The notes beneath the pieces are model-generated. The model was not told the origin of the DNA and made no database searches. It saw only the letters and a program-made list of their open reading frames with translations. The translations under genes and the position numbers were made by a program. Source: an uncultured Phycisphaerales bacterium (GTDB lineage Bacteria > Planctomycetota > Phycisphaerae > Tepidisphaerales > Tepidisphaeraceae). From it: DNA of 64,000 bases. Shown one piece after another: positions 52,843-64,000 of this stretch; positions within the stretch are counted from its first letter, which is position 1, and each line of letters begins with the position of its first letter. The stretch is taken from assembly GCA_963844715.1 (NCBI GenBank), contig CAWJPJ010000008.1:894515-958514 (forward strand), read 5' to 3'.

Positions 52843-55348
52843 CCACATCAACGATGTCCAAACCTCCTGCGTCGACGGCACGCCCCCACGAACTGGCCCG
52901 GTTGCTTCAGCAATACGGATGCGGGCCAATTCATTTCACCGGCACGGATGGATTTTACGAGAGGCACCTCGTCTTCGACGCCGTGAAAGATTTGGCCACC
53001 ACCAGCCCGCGTGAACACTTCGAGGCAGTCGCCCGCTCGGTTCGCGATGTTCTCTCGCAACGCTGGGTGGCCACGGAGATGACCTATGAGCGCGAGAATC
53101 CAAAGCGCCTTTATTATCTCTCCCTGGAATTCCTGATAGGCCGTTCGCTTGGCAACAATATTGCAAACCTCCTTCTCGGCCCTCTGGCAAACCAGTTCGC
53201 GGCGTTGAAGAAGCTCGATTGGCTGGAACTGATCGAAAAGGAGCCAGATGCCGGATTGGGTAACGGCGGATTGGGTCGGCTGGCCGCCTGCTTTCTGGAT
53301 TCTTTAGCCACGATGCAGCTTCCGGCCATGGGTTACGGACTCCGTTATGAGTACGGCATTTTCAGACAATCCATCAAGAACGGATGGCAGCAGGAAAGCC
53401 CAGATAATTGGCTGCGTCGCCCGGACCCATGGGAAGTCGCCCGCCTGGATCAATATGTCACCGTGAACCTGAACTGTTCGTTCAAAATGACCGGAGGAAA
53501 CTTACACGCCATTCCGGGCACGCAATCCAATCTGATCGGTGTTCCCTATGACCGGCCGGTTGTCGGATACGACGGCAAGACCATCAATACGCTCCGCCTT
53601 TGGGCCGCGACAAGTTCGGAATATTTTGATTTCCAGAGATTCAGCGGCGGCGATTTCGTCGGCGCGTTGGCGGAGATGCTGTCGGCGGAATCGCTGACCC
53701 GCGTCCTTTATCCTGATGATTCGACCAGCCGTGGGAAGAGCCTGCGGTTTGTACAGGAGTATTTCCTCGTCGCCTGTTCGCTGGCCGATCTTGTCCGCCG
53801 CTTTCGCAAAAACAATTCCGATTGGACCCAGTTGCCCGAGCATGTCGCCATTCAGCTCAACGACACGCATCCATCGCTGTCCGTGCCTGAATTGATGCGA
53901 ATATTGCTCGATGATGCCCATTTGGGATGGGACGAAGCCTGGGACATTACGAAGCAGACGCTTGCCTATACGAACCACACCTTGTTGCCCGAAGCTTTGG
54001 AAAAATGGCCTGTCGAATGGTTCAAGAAGCTCCTGCCGCGCAACCTGGAAATCATTTTCGAGATTAACCGGCGACTGCTCGATGATGTGCGTGCAAAATT
54101 TCCAGGCGACGAGCGCCGCGTGGAACGCATAAGTCTTGTGGACGAGACGGACGGCCGCCATATCCGCATGGCTAACCTGGCCATCGTTGGCTCGCATAGC
54201 ACCAACGGCGTTTCTGCGATTCACTCCGGCTTGCTCCGAACCACAACCGTGAAGGATTTGGCCGACATGTTTCCGGAACGATTCAACAACAAGACCAACG
54301 GCGTGACCCCGCGTCGCTGGCTGCTGCTGTCGAACCCATCCCTGGCGCACGTGATCAGCGATGCGATCGGTGATGGCTGGATCACTGACCTCGATCAATT
54401 GCAGAAACTTAAGCCCCTGGCGAATGACAACGGCTTTGCTCATGCATTTCTAAAGGCCAAACGCGAGTCCAAAGCGCGGTTTTCTGATTGGCTCAAAGCT
54501 AGAACGGGGCAAGCCGTTGATCCCGATACCATTTTCGACTGCCAAATCAAACGCATCCATGAATACAAACGGCAATTGCTCAACGCGCTTCGCATCGTAG
54601 TGCTTTACAACCGGCTGCGCGCAATCCGGAACTCAATATGCCGTCAAGGACGTTTTTCTTCGCTGGCAAGGCAGCGCCGGCGTATCACCTGGCAAAGGTG
54701 ATAATCAAGTTCATCAATAACCTTGCGAGTGTCATTGATAGCGACCCGGCTATGCGAGGTAAGCTCAAAGTTGTTTTCCTGTCGGAGTATTCTGTCACGC
54801 TGGCCGAGCGACTGATTCCAGCGGGCGATGTCTCCAACCAGATTTCAACGGCGGGCTACGAGGCCAGCGGCACAAGCAATATGAAGTTCATGATGAATGG
54901 AGCTCTTACGCTGGGCACGCGCGATGGCGCCACCATCGAAATGGCTCAGGAGGCTGGCACGGACAATTTCTTTCTTTTTGGTCTGACGGCTCAAGAGGTG
55001 GCTGATAGCCGAAGCTGGTACAACCCATTTTGGCATTATGAAAATGAGCCGGAGACGCGTGCCGCGCTGGATCTGATCTTTTCCAACCATTTCAACCGTG
55101 ATGAACCTGGCATCTTCGAGGAACTGCGGAGCGCTCTTCTAACGGGCGGCGATCACTATATGCACCTGGCTGATCTGAAATCCTACCTGAGCGCCGACCA
55201 AGCACTGATCGAATTGTACGGCAAGCGGGATGCCTCGGCGCGGAAAGCAATATTGAACGTAGCCGCGTCTGGGAGATTCTCCAGCGACCGAACAATAACG
55301 CAATATGCTTCGGAAATCTGGAACCTGAAACCATGCCCAGTGGCATAA
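52839..55348 (+). CDS. glgP: Glycogen/alpha-glucan phosphorylase, frameshift at ~54620
   Basis: LGNGGLGRLAAC, QLNDTHP, TNHTL, KRIHEYKRQ and EASGTSNMK. Confidence 0.93.
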
Positions 55349-55360
55349 AGCAGACTCACA

Positions 55361-57016
55361 ATGATGATTTCTCCACTCGCGGGTAAACCGGCTCCCAAAG
55401 AACTGCTGGTGGATTTGGCGCTCCTTGAACGGGAGTATAACGATCGGAAGCCAGATTTAGCTGATTCCACCCAATGGGTCAGCTTCGGTACGAGCGGTCA
55501 TCGCGGCTCGTCACTGCGCGGAACGTTTAACGAAGCCCATATCCTGGCAATCACGCAGGCGATTTGCGATTACCGGCGAGGCCGGAATATCAGCGGCCCG
55601 CTTTACATGGGTAAGGACACGCATGCGCTATCTGCGCTAGCCCAGCGCACGGCCTTGGAAGTTCTGGCGGCAAACGATGTCGAGACCTTCATCCAGCCAG
55701 AGGATGGCGTAACGCCAGTTCCGGTCATTTCGCACGCAATTCTCGTTTACAATCGCAGCAGGAAACAACGTCTCGCCGACGGCATCGCGGTCACGCCTTC
55801 ACACAATCCGCCGGAAGACGGCGGGTTCAAATACAACTCAACAGATGGCGGTCCGGCCGATACCGACGTGACCGGCTGGATCCAGACTCGCGCCAACGAT
55901 TTGTTGCGCAGCAACAATGCCGGCGTGAAGCGCGTCACCTATGCTGCCGCCCTGAAGGCGGCGACGACGCATACCGAAGATTTCATTCTTCCCTATGTCA
56001 ACGACCTACGGAACGTCATCGACATGGAAGTGATCCGCGAGGCGGGTCTAAAATTGGGAGTCGATCCGTTGGGGGGATCGTCGCTGCCTTATTGGGAGCG
56101 CGTTGGTTCTATTTACAATCTCGATCTAACGGTCGTCAACAAGACAATTGACCCGCGGTTTGCGTTCATGACAGTGGACCACGACGGGCAAATCAGGATG
56201 GACTGTTCCAGCCCGTACGCGATGGCCAGACTCGTTGGGCTCAAAGATAAATACCGCGTCGCCTTCGCCAATGACCCCGACGCCGATCGCCATGGTATTG
56301 TTGCACCGTCCGTCGGTTTGATGAATCCCAACCATTATCTCGCCGTTGCGATTGGCTATTTGGCATCCCATCGCCCGCGCTGGCGGGGTAATGCGCTGGT
56401 GGGCAAGACTGTGGTCAGCAGCAGCATCATCGACCGGGTGGTGAGCAAGCTGAATCGACAGCTCTACGAAGTTCCCGTTGGCTTTAAATGGTTTTCGCCG
56501 GGACTTTTCGACGGGACTCTCTGTTTTGGCGGCGAGGAAAGTGCCGGTGCGAGTTTCCTGCGACTGGACGGCGCGGTTTGGACAACGGACAAGGACGGCC
56601 CCATCATGGATTTGCTTGCGGCTGAAATCACCGCGCGCACCGGCCGAGACCCGGGCGAGCATTTTCGTGATCTGACAGCCGAGTTTGGCACACCTTATTA
56701 CACGCGTATCGATGCACCCGCGTCGCCGCAGCAGAAGGCGAGTCTTGCCAAGCTGTCGGCCGAAGCGGTGAAAGAATCAAGTTTGGCGGGCGATCCTATC
56801 ACCGCAAAGTTGACGCGCGCTCCTGGCAACAACGCCTCAATCGGTGGTTTGAAAGTTTCGACCGCGAGCGGCTGGTTTGCGGCCCGTCCGTCCGGCACAG
56901 AAAACATCTACAAGATTTACGCCGAAAGCTTCCGCGACCAGAAGCATCTGAAATCCATTGTGGATGAAGCTCAGCAGATTGTAAGCGGCGCGATCGCCGG
57001 ACCGGCGAAGGGTTGA
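55361..57016 (+). CDS. pgm: Phosphoglucomutase, alpha-D-glucose-phosphate specific
   Basis: [27 protein letters not shown] and RPSGTE. Confidence 0.95.
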   Translation: MMISPLAGKPAPKELLVDLALLEREYNDRKPDLADSTQWVSFGTSGHRGSSLRGTFNEAHILAITQAICDYRRGRNISGPLYMGKDTHALSALAQRTALEVLAANDVETFIQPEDGVTPVPVISHAILVYNRSRKQRLADGIAVTPSHNPPEDGGFKYNSTDGGPADTDVTGWIQTRANDLLRSNNAGVKRVTYAAALKAATTHTEDFILPYVNDLRNVIDMEVIREAGLKLGVDPLGGSSLPYWERVGSIYNLDLTVVNKTIDPRFAFMTVDHDGQIRMDCSSPYAMARLVGLKDKYRVAFANDPDADRHGIVAPSVGLMNPNHYLAVAIGYLASHRPRWRGNALVGKTVVSSSIIDRVVSKLNRQLYEVPVGFKWFSPGLFDGTLCFGGEESAGASFLRLDGAVWTTDKDGPIMDLLAAEITARTGRDPGEHFRDLTAEFGTPYYTRIDAPASPQQKASLAKLSAEAVKESSLAGDPITAKLTRAPGNNASIGGLKVSTASGWFAARPSGTENIYKIYAESFRDQKHLKSIVDEAQQIVSGAIAGPAKG

Positions 57017-57028
57017 TCGGAGTTGCTG

Positions 57029-58733
57029 ATGCCGAACCAACACCGTCAAATTCCTGTCCTGCCTTTCCGCCCGCGCGTCCATCCCATTGCGGACAAAGTT
57101 TTCCGTTCCTATCCCGTGGGGCGGCAGAGTTTCTCCCGCGCTTGCCAGGGGAATGTTCTCTCGCTCAGGATTACCACAACAAAGCCTCTGGCGCAGAACG
57201 TACGTGCTATCCTGGCGACAACATTGAATTCGGCTGACGGTAGGTCATGGACAAAGGTGCCGTTCGAGCGCGAAAATGATCGCACCCTTTTATGCTGCAT
57301 CACGCCTAACCACCCCGGTTTGCATTCCTTCCGTGCCGAGTTCTCGCTAGACGGCGGCACCAGGTGGCTCGGCGATACCGTGCCAGACGCCTGGATTTTG
57401 ATCGATCCACCTCAGGTAGACGCGCTGTGCATTTATACCCTAATTCCCAATGTCTCCGGCACGCTCGCAAATTGGAAAGCTGACCTCAAGCGGATCGGCG
57501 ATATGGGCTTCAACGCAATCCATCTATTGCCCATAACCACGATGGACGATTCCGAAAGCCCCTATTCGGCGAAAGACCTCTTCAAAGTTGACCGCAGCTA
57601 CTTGAGCACAGGATCACGGGACGATGACCTCTCGCAGTTAGAAGACTTCGTCGCAGAAGCCAAGCGACTTGGGATTCGGCTTGTCTTTGATTTGGTTCTC
57701 AATCATGTAGGAGTCCATAGCACGATGGCGCTGCAGGCACCGGACTGGATTGTTCCCGATCAGAATGAGCCGGACGGACTGAAGCGCGAGATTTTGGTGC
57801 GATCAGGGGTGGCGCAACTGGAATGATTTGGTCTTGATCAATTATGAGCATCCATCGGAAGCGGTCCGCGCAGAAATATGGTCGTACATGACCGATTATG
57901 CCTTGTTCTGGGCGAAATACGCCAACGACACCGGAGGCTTTGTACGTTTTGACAACCTCCACAGCAGCGATCCCGCCTTTGTTGCTGCGCTCACCACGTC
58001 ATTGCATGCTGAATATCCAGAAGCTGGCATTCTTGCCGAGTATTTCACTGATGAAAGCACGCTGCTTCGGAATGGGCCAGAATGGGGATTGAATTTGAAT
58101 CTGGCCACGCCCTGGAATTTCAAATTCGTCCCTCAACTTCGCGACTATCTGAAATACATGCACCGGGTTTCGGAGCACATCCGATACTTCATGCCGATCA
58201 CCTCACACGACTGCGGCTCACCAGCACAAGAATTCGGCACCGCGGACTCGACGGTCCCTCGCTACGCAGTCGCGGCCCTGCTTGGCACTGGAGCCACCGG
58301 AGTTCCGCAGGGAGTGGAATTCGGCGAGAAAGAGCGGATCGACTTTATCGGCAGAAAGCCGAGAATGTCATATCCCGAAAGACCAAGGTTTGCCCAATTC
58401 ATCCGTCAGGTCAATGAGATTGTCGCGAAATATCCGGCATTCCGACGGGGTGAAAACTGCTGGTTTGTGGATAACGGCCATTCCGCAGTCATAGCGGCAT
58501 TTCGACGGGATTCAGACGCGCAGACATCAGGCTTTCTTGTCGTCTGCAATTTCGATACCGCTGGTCCGCAGCATATCACGATCGAACTTGGGCCCTTGTT
58601 GAAAAGAGACGGACCCTTCAAGTGCATCGAATTGTTGAGCGGCGACACTCGGATTGTGATGCATCCGCACATGGAGCTTGCACTTCCGGCATGTGGCGTC
58701 GAGGTGCTGAACTTTCCCGGAAAGGAAAATTGA
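57029..58733 (+). CDS. GH13 enzyme resembling the glucanotransferase domain of glycogen debranching enzyme, frameshift at ~57790
   Basis: GFNAIHLLP, SESPYS, DLVLNH, RFDNLHS, LAEYFT and TSHD. Confidence 0.78.
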
Positions 58734-58833
58734 AACCTAGAAATATTATTTTGCTGGTTCACGGTTGGGATCGCCTATACTATGACATGCAAGTTGGCTG
58801 ATCCCTCTGCTCCGTGCAGAACAGCGAAAATCT

Positions 58834-58938
58834 TCGGATGACTAAATAAAGAGTAATCTGGCCGAACCGCCAGAGGACTCGTTAACGAGTAAGCCGACGT
58901 AATTGAACACTCCCGTGTTCAGTTGTGTCGGCTTTTTT
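58834..58938 (+). promoter_or_regulatory. Structured leader RNA/attenuator, copy 2
   Basis: TCGGATGACTAAATAAA-hairpin-GTTAACGAGTAAGCCGACGT, then a 20-bp terminator stem and T tract, ~40 nt before the SPFH gene. Confidence 0.75.
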
Positions 58939-58977
58939 GTTTGCGCAACAGGCGTTTAACGCCTGGAGAACCTCAAA

Positions 58978-59909
58978 ATGAGAACTCCCAGTCCTTTCGC
59001 GGCACTGATCTTTGTCGTAATCCTCGCCATTGGGGGAGGTTTGGCGTTCGCCGCCTACAGCGCCGCAGCGCCGAAAAGAGCATATGTATCGGGATCATTG
59101 CATTTGTGATTGCTGTCGTCGCCGCTCGCTCAATCAGGGTCGCCGATCAGTGGGATAAAGCCGTGATTCTGCGGTTGGGCCAGTTCCACTCACTAAAAGG
59201 TCCGGGGCTTTTCTTCATAATACCTATTGTCGATGCGATTCCCTACTGGATCGATACCCGCGTAATCACAACCGGCTTCAAAGCTGAAAAGACGCTGACT
59301 AAGGACACCGTCCCGGTGGACGTCGACGCAGTGCTGTTTTGGAAAGTCATCGACCCCAAAAAGTCGGCGCTGGGCGTAGCGGATTATCGGAGCGCCATAA
59401 GCTGGGCATCGCAGACCGCGCTCCGCGATGTGATTGGAAAAACGATGCTTTCAGACATGCTGGAAGGCCGCGACAAAATCAGCGCGGTGCTGCAGAAGAT
59501 CATTGACGAACGCACCGAACCATGGGGCATCAATGTTATTTCTGTAGAGGTGAAGGACGTCTTGATTCCCCAAGCCCTTGAGAATGCCATGTCCATGCAG
59601 GCCCAGGCCGAACGAGAGCGCCAAGCCCGTGTGATTTTGGGAGATTCGGAACGGCAGGTAGCGGAGAAATTCGCTGAAGCGTCCAAGAGCTACCAGCATA
59701 ATCCGGTCGCATTTCATCTCCGGGCAATGAACATGCTTTACGAGGGGTTGAAGCAGAATTCCACCATCGTGATCGTTCCCAGCACTGCCGTCGAAAGCAT
59801 GCAGTTAGGCGGACTTGCTGGATTGACCGCCCTGACTATGGGAATCGGTCAGGACGGCGGTGGCAATGGAAAGCCGGTGCCACCCAATGAACCTGCATTG
59901 ATCCGATAG
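58978..59909 (+). CDS. SPFH/slipin (band 7) protein, frameshift at ~59070
   Basis: AVILRLG...GPGLFFIIP, LTKD.V.VDVDAV and AERERQAR; GGAG RBS. Confidence 0.88.
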
Positions 59910-59995
59910 CGGTCGTTGGATGGACCCGGCGGACCTCGTCCGTCACGGACTCGCTTGAGGCAACGTGACGCAAACTCTCGTGAAAGGAACTCATT

Positions 59996-60157
59996 ATGTC
60001 CATTCTATTCATCATAATTATCATCCTCGTGATCATGAGCTTCGGCGGTGGGTACTATAGGCCGGCTTATCGAACGCATGGGATTTCACTTGGAACGATC
60101 CTCTTAATCGTACTGGTCTTATGGCTTTTCGGCGTGTTTGGCAGCCGGCCGTTTTAG
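59996..60157 (+). CDS. Small 53-aa two-TM membrane protein (DUF3309-like), absent from the ORF track
   Basis: GAAAGGA RBS; MSILFIIIIILVIMSFGGGYYRPAYRTHGISLGTILLIVLVLWLFGVFGSRPF. Confidence 0.7.
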   Translation: MSILFIIIIILVIMSFGGGYYRPAYRTHGISLGTILLIVLVLWLFGVFGSRPF

Positions 60158-62676
60158 GTGTTGTTAGGCCCCCCACGGAATTCTTCTGTTGGAGCCGACA
60201 GGAAAGACAATGCCCAGCATGCACGCAAGGAGATACCGTCATTCACACGCTAAATAAAATTTCGCTCGATAAAATCGTGCCTCAGGAAAATGCCCCAGGC
60301 GCCCCCGGGATTCCGCCACGTTGGACTTGCAGCGCAAAAACGGGCGTGGGCACTGCCCTCAGCAACAAGAGCCTTGTCTGGTTCACGCTGAGCCATGGAA
60401 TTTTCAACGAAATATTTTATCCCCGTATCGATCAAGCGTGCGTCCGCGACATGGGATTGATAGTCACGGACGGAGCGGATTTCTTCTCCGAGGAAAAGAG
60501 CGACACCAAGTCTGAGGTTCATTGGCTGGCTGAGGGCGTCCCAGCATTCCGACTGGTCAATACGTGCCGCGCCGGCCGATACCGCATCGAAAAGCAAGTC
60601 GTGACTGATCCGCAGCGAAACACAGTTCTGCAACGCATCCAGTTCACCGCAATGCAAGACCATCTTTCCGATTATCGGTTGCATGTGCTGCTGGCGCCGC
60701 ATCTGGGAAACCACGGCGATGGCAACAATGCCTGGGTGGATGAGTTTGAAGGCTTGCCGCTTCTGTTTGCCCAGCGTGACGGATATGCGTTGGCACTGGC
60801 CTGTTCCGCGCCATTACTGAAGCGATCCGTCGGTTATGTCGGTTCTTCCGACGGCTGGCAGGATCTAATGGCGCACAAGCAGATGACCTGGGAATACACG
60901 CAGGCTCGGAACGGGAACGTGGCTTTGACTGCCGAAATCGATCTTCTTCACCCCAAGGGACATTGCGAACTGGCCTTGGGCTTTGGCAAGAACTCTCAAG
61001 AAGCGGCGGAGAACGCAATCGCCAGTCTTCGCGAAGGTTTTGACAACATCAAGCACGAATACATTGCCGGATGGCAGTTTTGGAAGAAGTCGGTGATGTC
61101 GACAAAAAAGGACCGTTTCCATGCGGGCGATCTTTTCCCGATCAGCCTCGCCGTCTTGCGAACCCATGAATCCAAGACGGCCTCGGGCGGTCTCATCGCC
61201 AGCCTCGCCATCCCATGGGGATCAAGCAAGGGGGACGGCGATCAGGGCGGTTATCACCTTGTCTGGGCACGCGACATGGTGGAAACGGCGGGCGCGTTGC
61301 TCGCTAGCGGCGCACATGATGACACGCGCCGGGCACTCACGTTTTTGCAGTCAACCCAGCAGCCGGACGGCCACTGGCCTCAAAATATGTGGGTGGATGG
61401 CACACCTTACTGGAACGGAATTCAACTCGATGAGACTGCGCTGCCTGTTTTGCTGGTGGACCTGGCCCACCGTGAGAAGGCGATATCTGACGCCGACATG
61501 CAATCGTTTTGGCCGATGGTGCAACGTGCCGCCGGCTATCTGGCGCGCAATGGCCCCGTGAGTCCGCAGGATCGCTGGGAGGAAGATCCGGGGTATTCGC
61601 CTTTTTCCGTCGCCGCGGAAATAGCCGCCATCCTCGTCGCTGCGGATATGGCCGCTTTGAACAATGAACCCGCCATGGCAACGTATCTCCGCGAAATCGC
61701 GGACGTTTGGCACACCTCCATCGATCGCTGGATGTACGCCTCGGCAACGGATTGGTGCAAAAAGTTCGATGTGGAAGGCTATTACCTGAGAATCGCCTCC
61801 GCGAACCCGGGCGAAGGGGAACGTTTCCAGAATTTTGTCCGCGTCAAGAATGTCACTGCCGCCGAAGACACCCGTATGGCCAAGCATCTGGTAAGTCCCG
61901 ACGCCCTGGCACTGGTGCGTTTTGGTTTGCGCACCGCGGATGACCCGCGCATTCTCGGCACGGTAAAAGTCATCGATTGTTTACTTAAAGTGGAGACGCC
62001 CACCGGTCCCAGTTGGCACCGATATAACGATGACGGGTATGGCGAACATAAAGACGGCGCGCCCTTTGACGGAACAGGCATCGGCCGCGCGTGGCCGCTA
62101 CTCACGGGTGAGCGTGCTCACTATGAACTCTTGGCAAATCGGGCTGAGTTTGCAAAGGGACTGTTGGACACGATGGAATCGTTTGCCAACGAAGGAAGCC
62201 TTATCTCAGAACAAATCTGGGACTCGCCCGACCTGCCGGAACATGATTTGTTTCTCGGCAAGCCCTCCGGTTCCGCCATGCCGTTGGTTTGGGCTCATGC
62301 AGAGTACATCAAGCTCCGGCGCTCCTTGCGGGACGGACACGTTTTCGACCTGCCACCGCAAACCGTACAACGTTATTTAATCGACAAAACTATATCCCCG
62401 CGCATGGTGTGGAGGTTCAACCACAAGCTCCGCTCCATGCCCGCGAGAAAATCACTCCGTGTCGAAACTCTGGCGCCCGTGGTGATTCATTGGAGTGTGG
62501 ATGACTGGAAAACGCATGAGGACACTAAGTCGCGCGATGTCGGCCTGGGCCTTCACGTTGCGGATCTAGCAACGCAATCACTCCCGGACGGAAAAGAAAT
62601 CAAATTCACTTTCTACTGGCCCGCCGCGGGTCACTGGGAAGGAACCGACTTTATCGTTCGCATCGACTCGCTATGA
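60121..62676 (+). CDS. GH15 glucoamylase / glucan 1,4-alpha-glucosidase (true start likely ~60240-60280)
   Basis: APGAPG..PRW, GYHLVWARD, QDRWEE, RYNDDGYG, WPLLTGER and PLVWAHAEY. Confidence 0.9.
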   Translation: MAFRRVWQPAVLGVVRPPTEFFCWSRQERQCPACTQGDTVIHTLNKISLDKIVPQENAPGAPGIPPRWTCSAKTGVGTALSNKSLVWFTLSHGIFNEIFYPRIDQACVRDMGLIVTDGADFFSEEKSDTKSEVHWLAEGVPAFRLVNTCRAGRYRIEKQVVTDPQRNTVLQRIQFTAMQDHLSDYRLHVLLAPHLGNHGDGNNAWVDEFEGLPLLFAQRDGYALALACSAPLLKRSVGYVGSSDGWQDLMAHKQMTWEYTQARNGNVALTAEIDLLHPKGHCELALGFGKNSQEAAENAIASLREGFDNIKHEYIAGWQFWKKSVMSTKKDRFHAGDLFPISLAVLRTHESKTASGGLIASLAIPWGSSKGDGDQGGYHLVWARDMVETAGALLASGAHDDTRRALTFLQSTQQPDGHWPQNMWVDGTPYWNGIQLDETALPVLLVDLAHREKAISDADMQSFWPMVQRAAGYLARNGPVSPQDRWEEDPGYSPFSVAAEIAAILVAADMAALNNEPAMATYLREIADVWHTSIDRWMYASATDWCKKFDVEGYYLRIASANPGEGERFQNFVRVKNVTAAEDTRMAKHLVSPDALALVRFGLRTADDPRILGTVKVIDCLLKVETPTGPSWHRYNDDGYGEHKDGAPFDGTGIGRAWPLLTGERAHYELLANRAEFAKGLLDTMESFANEGSLISEQIWDSPDLPEHDLFLGKPSGSAMPLVWAHAEYIKLRRSLRDGHVFDLPPQTVQRYLIDKTISPRMVWRFNHKLRSMPARKSLRVETLAPVVIHWSVDDWKTHEDTKSRDVGLGLHVADLATQSLPDGKEIKFTFYWPAAGHWEGTDFIVRIDSL

Positions 62677-62703
62677 GGCGACGGGATTGTAGCTGTTAAA
62701 GCG

Positions 62704-64000
62704 GTGAAGCTCATGCTCTTGAAAACCGATACCAAGGCGAACGCCAACCGCTTTGTCTACCTTGCCACTGCCGTGGCGGCTCTAGGCGGTATGCTTTTCG
62801 GTTATGACGTCGGTGTCATTTCCGGAGCGATCCTTTTCGTCAAGAAAGATTTCTCCCTTTCTCCCGGCCTCGAAGAAGTTGTCATCAGCTCTGTCTTGTT
62901 CGGATCGTTAATCGGCGCGATTGCCGGAGGGGTGCTGGCCGACCGCTGGGGCCGCCGAAGACTGCTGATCATTACTGCGAGCGTCTTTGGGATCGGTGCC
63001 ATTGGAGCGGCTCTGTCGCCGGACACCGGGTGGCTGATCGTTGCCAGGATTCTTGCGGGCGCTGCCATCGGGGTCGCTTCTTTTGTCGCCCCGCTTTACA
63101 TATCAGAAATCGCGCCAGTGGCTATCCGCGGAAAGCTCGTTTCGATCAACCAAGTCGCGTTGACCAGCGGCATCGTCATCTCCTATCTGATCGATTACGC
63201 GTTTGCAGGTGTCGGGGCTTGGCGGTGGATGTTCGCGATGGCCGTCGTTCCGGCCGCAGCATTTGGAGTCGGATTGCTCTTCATTCCCGAGAGCCCCCGC
63301 TGGCTTGTCGGACGCGGACTGGCGGACAAGGCTTGCGCCGTACTCGCACGAATCCGCACACCTGATCAGGTCGAGGCGGAATTCGCCAGATTCAGCAGAG
63401 CACTCAGCAACAAAAAGAGAACTGGGCAGAATTGCTCAGTCCCGCCTTACGACCGGCAATGATTGTCGGTGTCGGGCTGGCCATCGCCCAACAAATCACC
63501 GGCATTAATACCGTCATTTATTATGCGCCGACGATTTTCAAGTTTGCCGGCTTGTCTTCCGCGTCGGTGGCCATTCTCGCCAGCGTCGGTGTCGGGGTCG
63601 TTAACGTCATCCTGACCGTCGTAGCAATGCAACTGATCGATCGAGTCGGCCGCCGTCCGCTTTTATTGATCAGCCTCGCCGGAATGTCGCTAAGTCTAAT
63701 CGTACTCGGACTGGCGTTTAAGCTTCCCCAATTGTCCGCCAGTCTAGGATGGATCGCAGTGACCAGCCTGATGCTGTACGTCGGTTCGTTCGCCGTCGGC
63801 CTGGGCCCAGTGTTTTGGCTAGTCCTTTCCGAGATTTATCCGCTCCGCATCCGGGGCCGGGCCATGAGCGTCGGCACGGTCGCTAATTGGATCGCCAATT
63901 TAATCGTTGCGCTGTCGTTTTTGACACTTACGCATCTGATGGGTAAAGCCGCTACGTTCTGGCTGTACGGAATCGTGAGTATTGGAGCGTGGCTCTTCGC
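62704..64000 (+). CDS. Sugar porter family MFS transporter, frameshift at ~63385, runs off the window
   Basis: LFGYDVG, DRWGRR, PLYISEIAP, PESPRWL, QQITGIN..IYYAP and DRVGRR. Confidence 0.92.

Noticed and set aside
1675..64000. Widespread frameshifts read as real pseudogenes or programmed frameshifting
   Set aside because: They are single-base shifts scattered across unrelated, otherwise well-conserved genes, and one differs between near-identical copies (abiEi). Sequencing error is the simpler explanation.
1..64000. CRISPR array, cas genes, rRNA
   Set aside because: No regularly spaced repeat-spacer array, Cas motifs or rRNA-like sequence seen.

Overview
GC-rich bacterial window whose gene repertoire looks Planctomycetota-like (inference). 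Many genes carry single-base frameshifts that are probably sequencing errors. From left to right: (1) a type II secretion operon (gspD-E-F-G plus a pseudopilin, minus strand) faces away from an operon encoding two paralogous unknown secreted proteins, a third secreted protein, a large signal-peptide RHS protein with a Cys-rich tip, an ankyrin lipoprotein and an orphan RHS fragment. (2) An AbiE toxin-antitoxin pair is broken by an IS66 that carries a VOC gene, and an IS21 sits inside that IS66. (3) A ~22 kb integrative element is bounded by tRNA-Met 3' fragments (25970-48138). It holds an integrase, a RES-Xre TA pair, truncated trbCDE, truncated imuB/dnaE2 and a GTPase/GAP1-type conflict operon. 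A 4.8 kb composite IS66 unit copied from region 2 has jumped into that operon, leaving an 8-bp target site duplication (TSD). (4) A stress/glycogen-mobilisation cluster follows: histidine kinase, Crp, RpiB, two DUF2294/MpsC genes, glgP, pgm, GH13, SPFH, GH15 and a sugar porter. Best candidate for an undescribed system: two copies of a structured leader RNA (51571-51675 and 58834-58938). They share conserved boxes, a covarying stem and mutually exclusive antiterminator/terminator folds, and one lies between the two DUF2294 genes.
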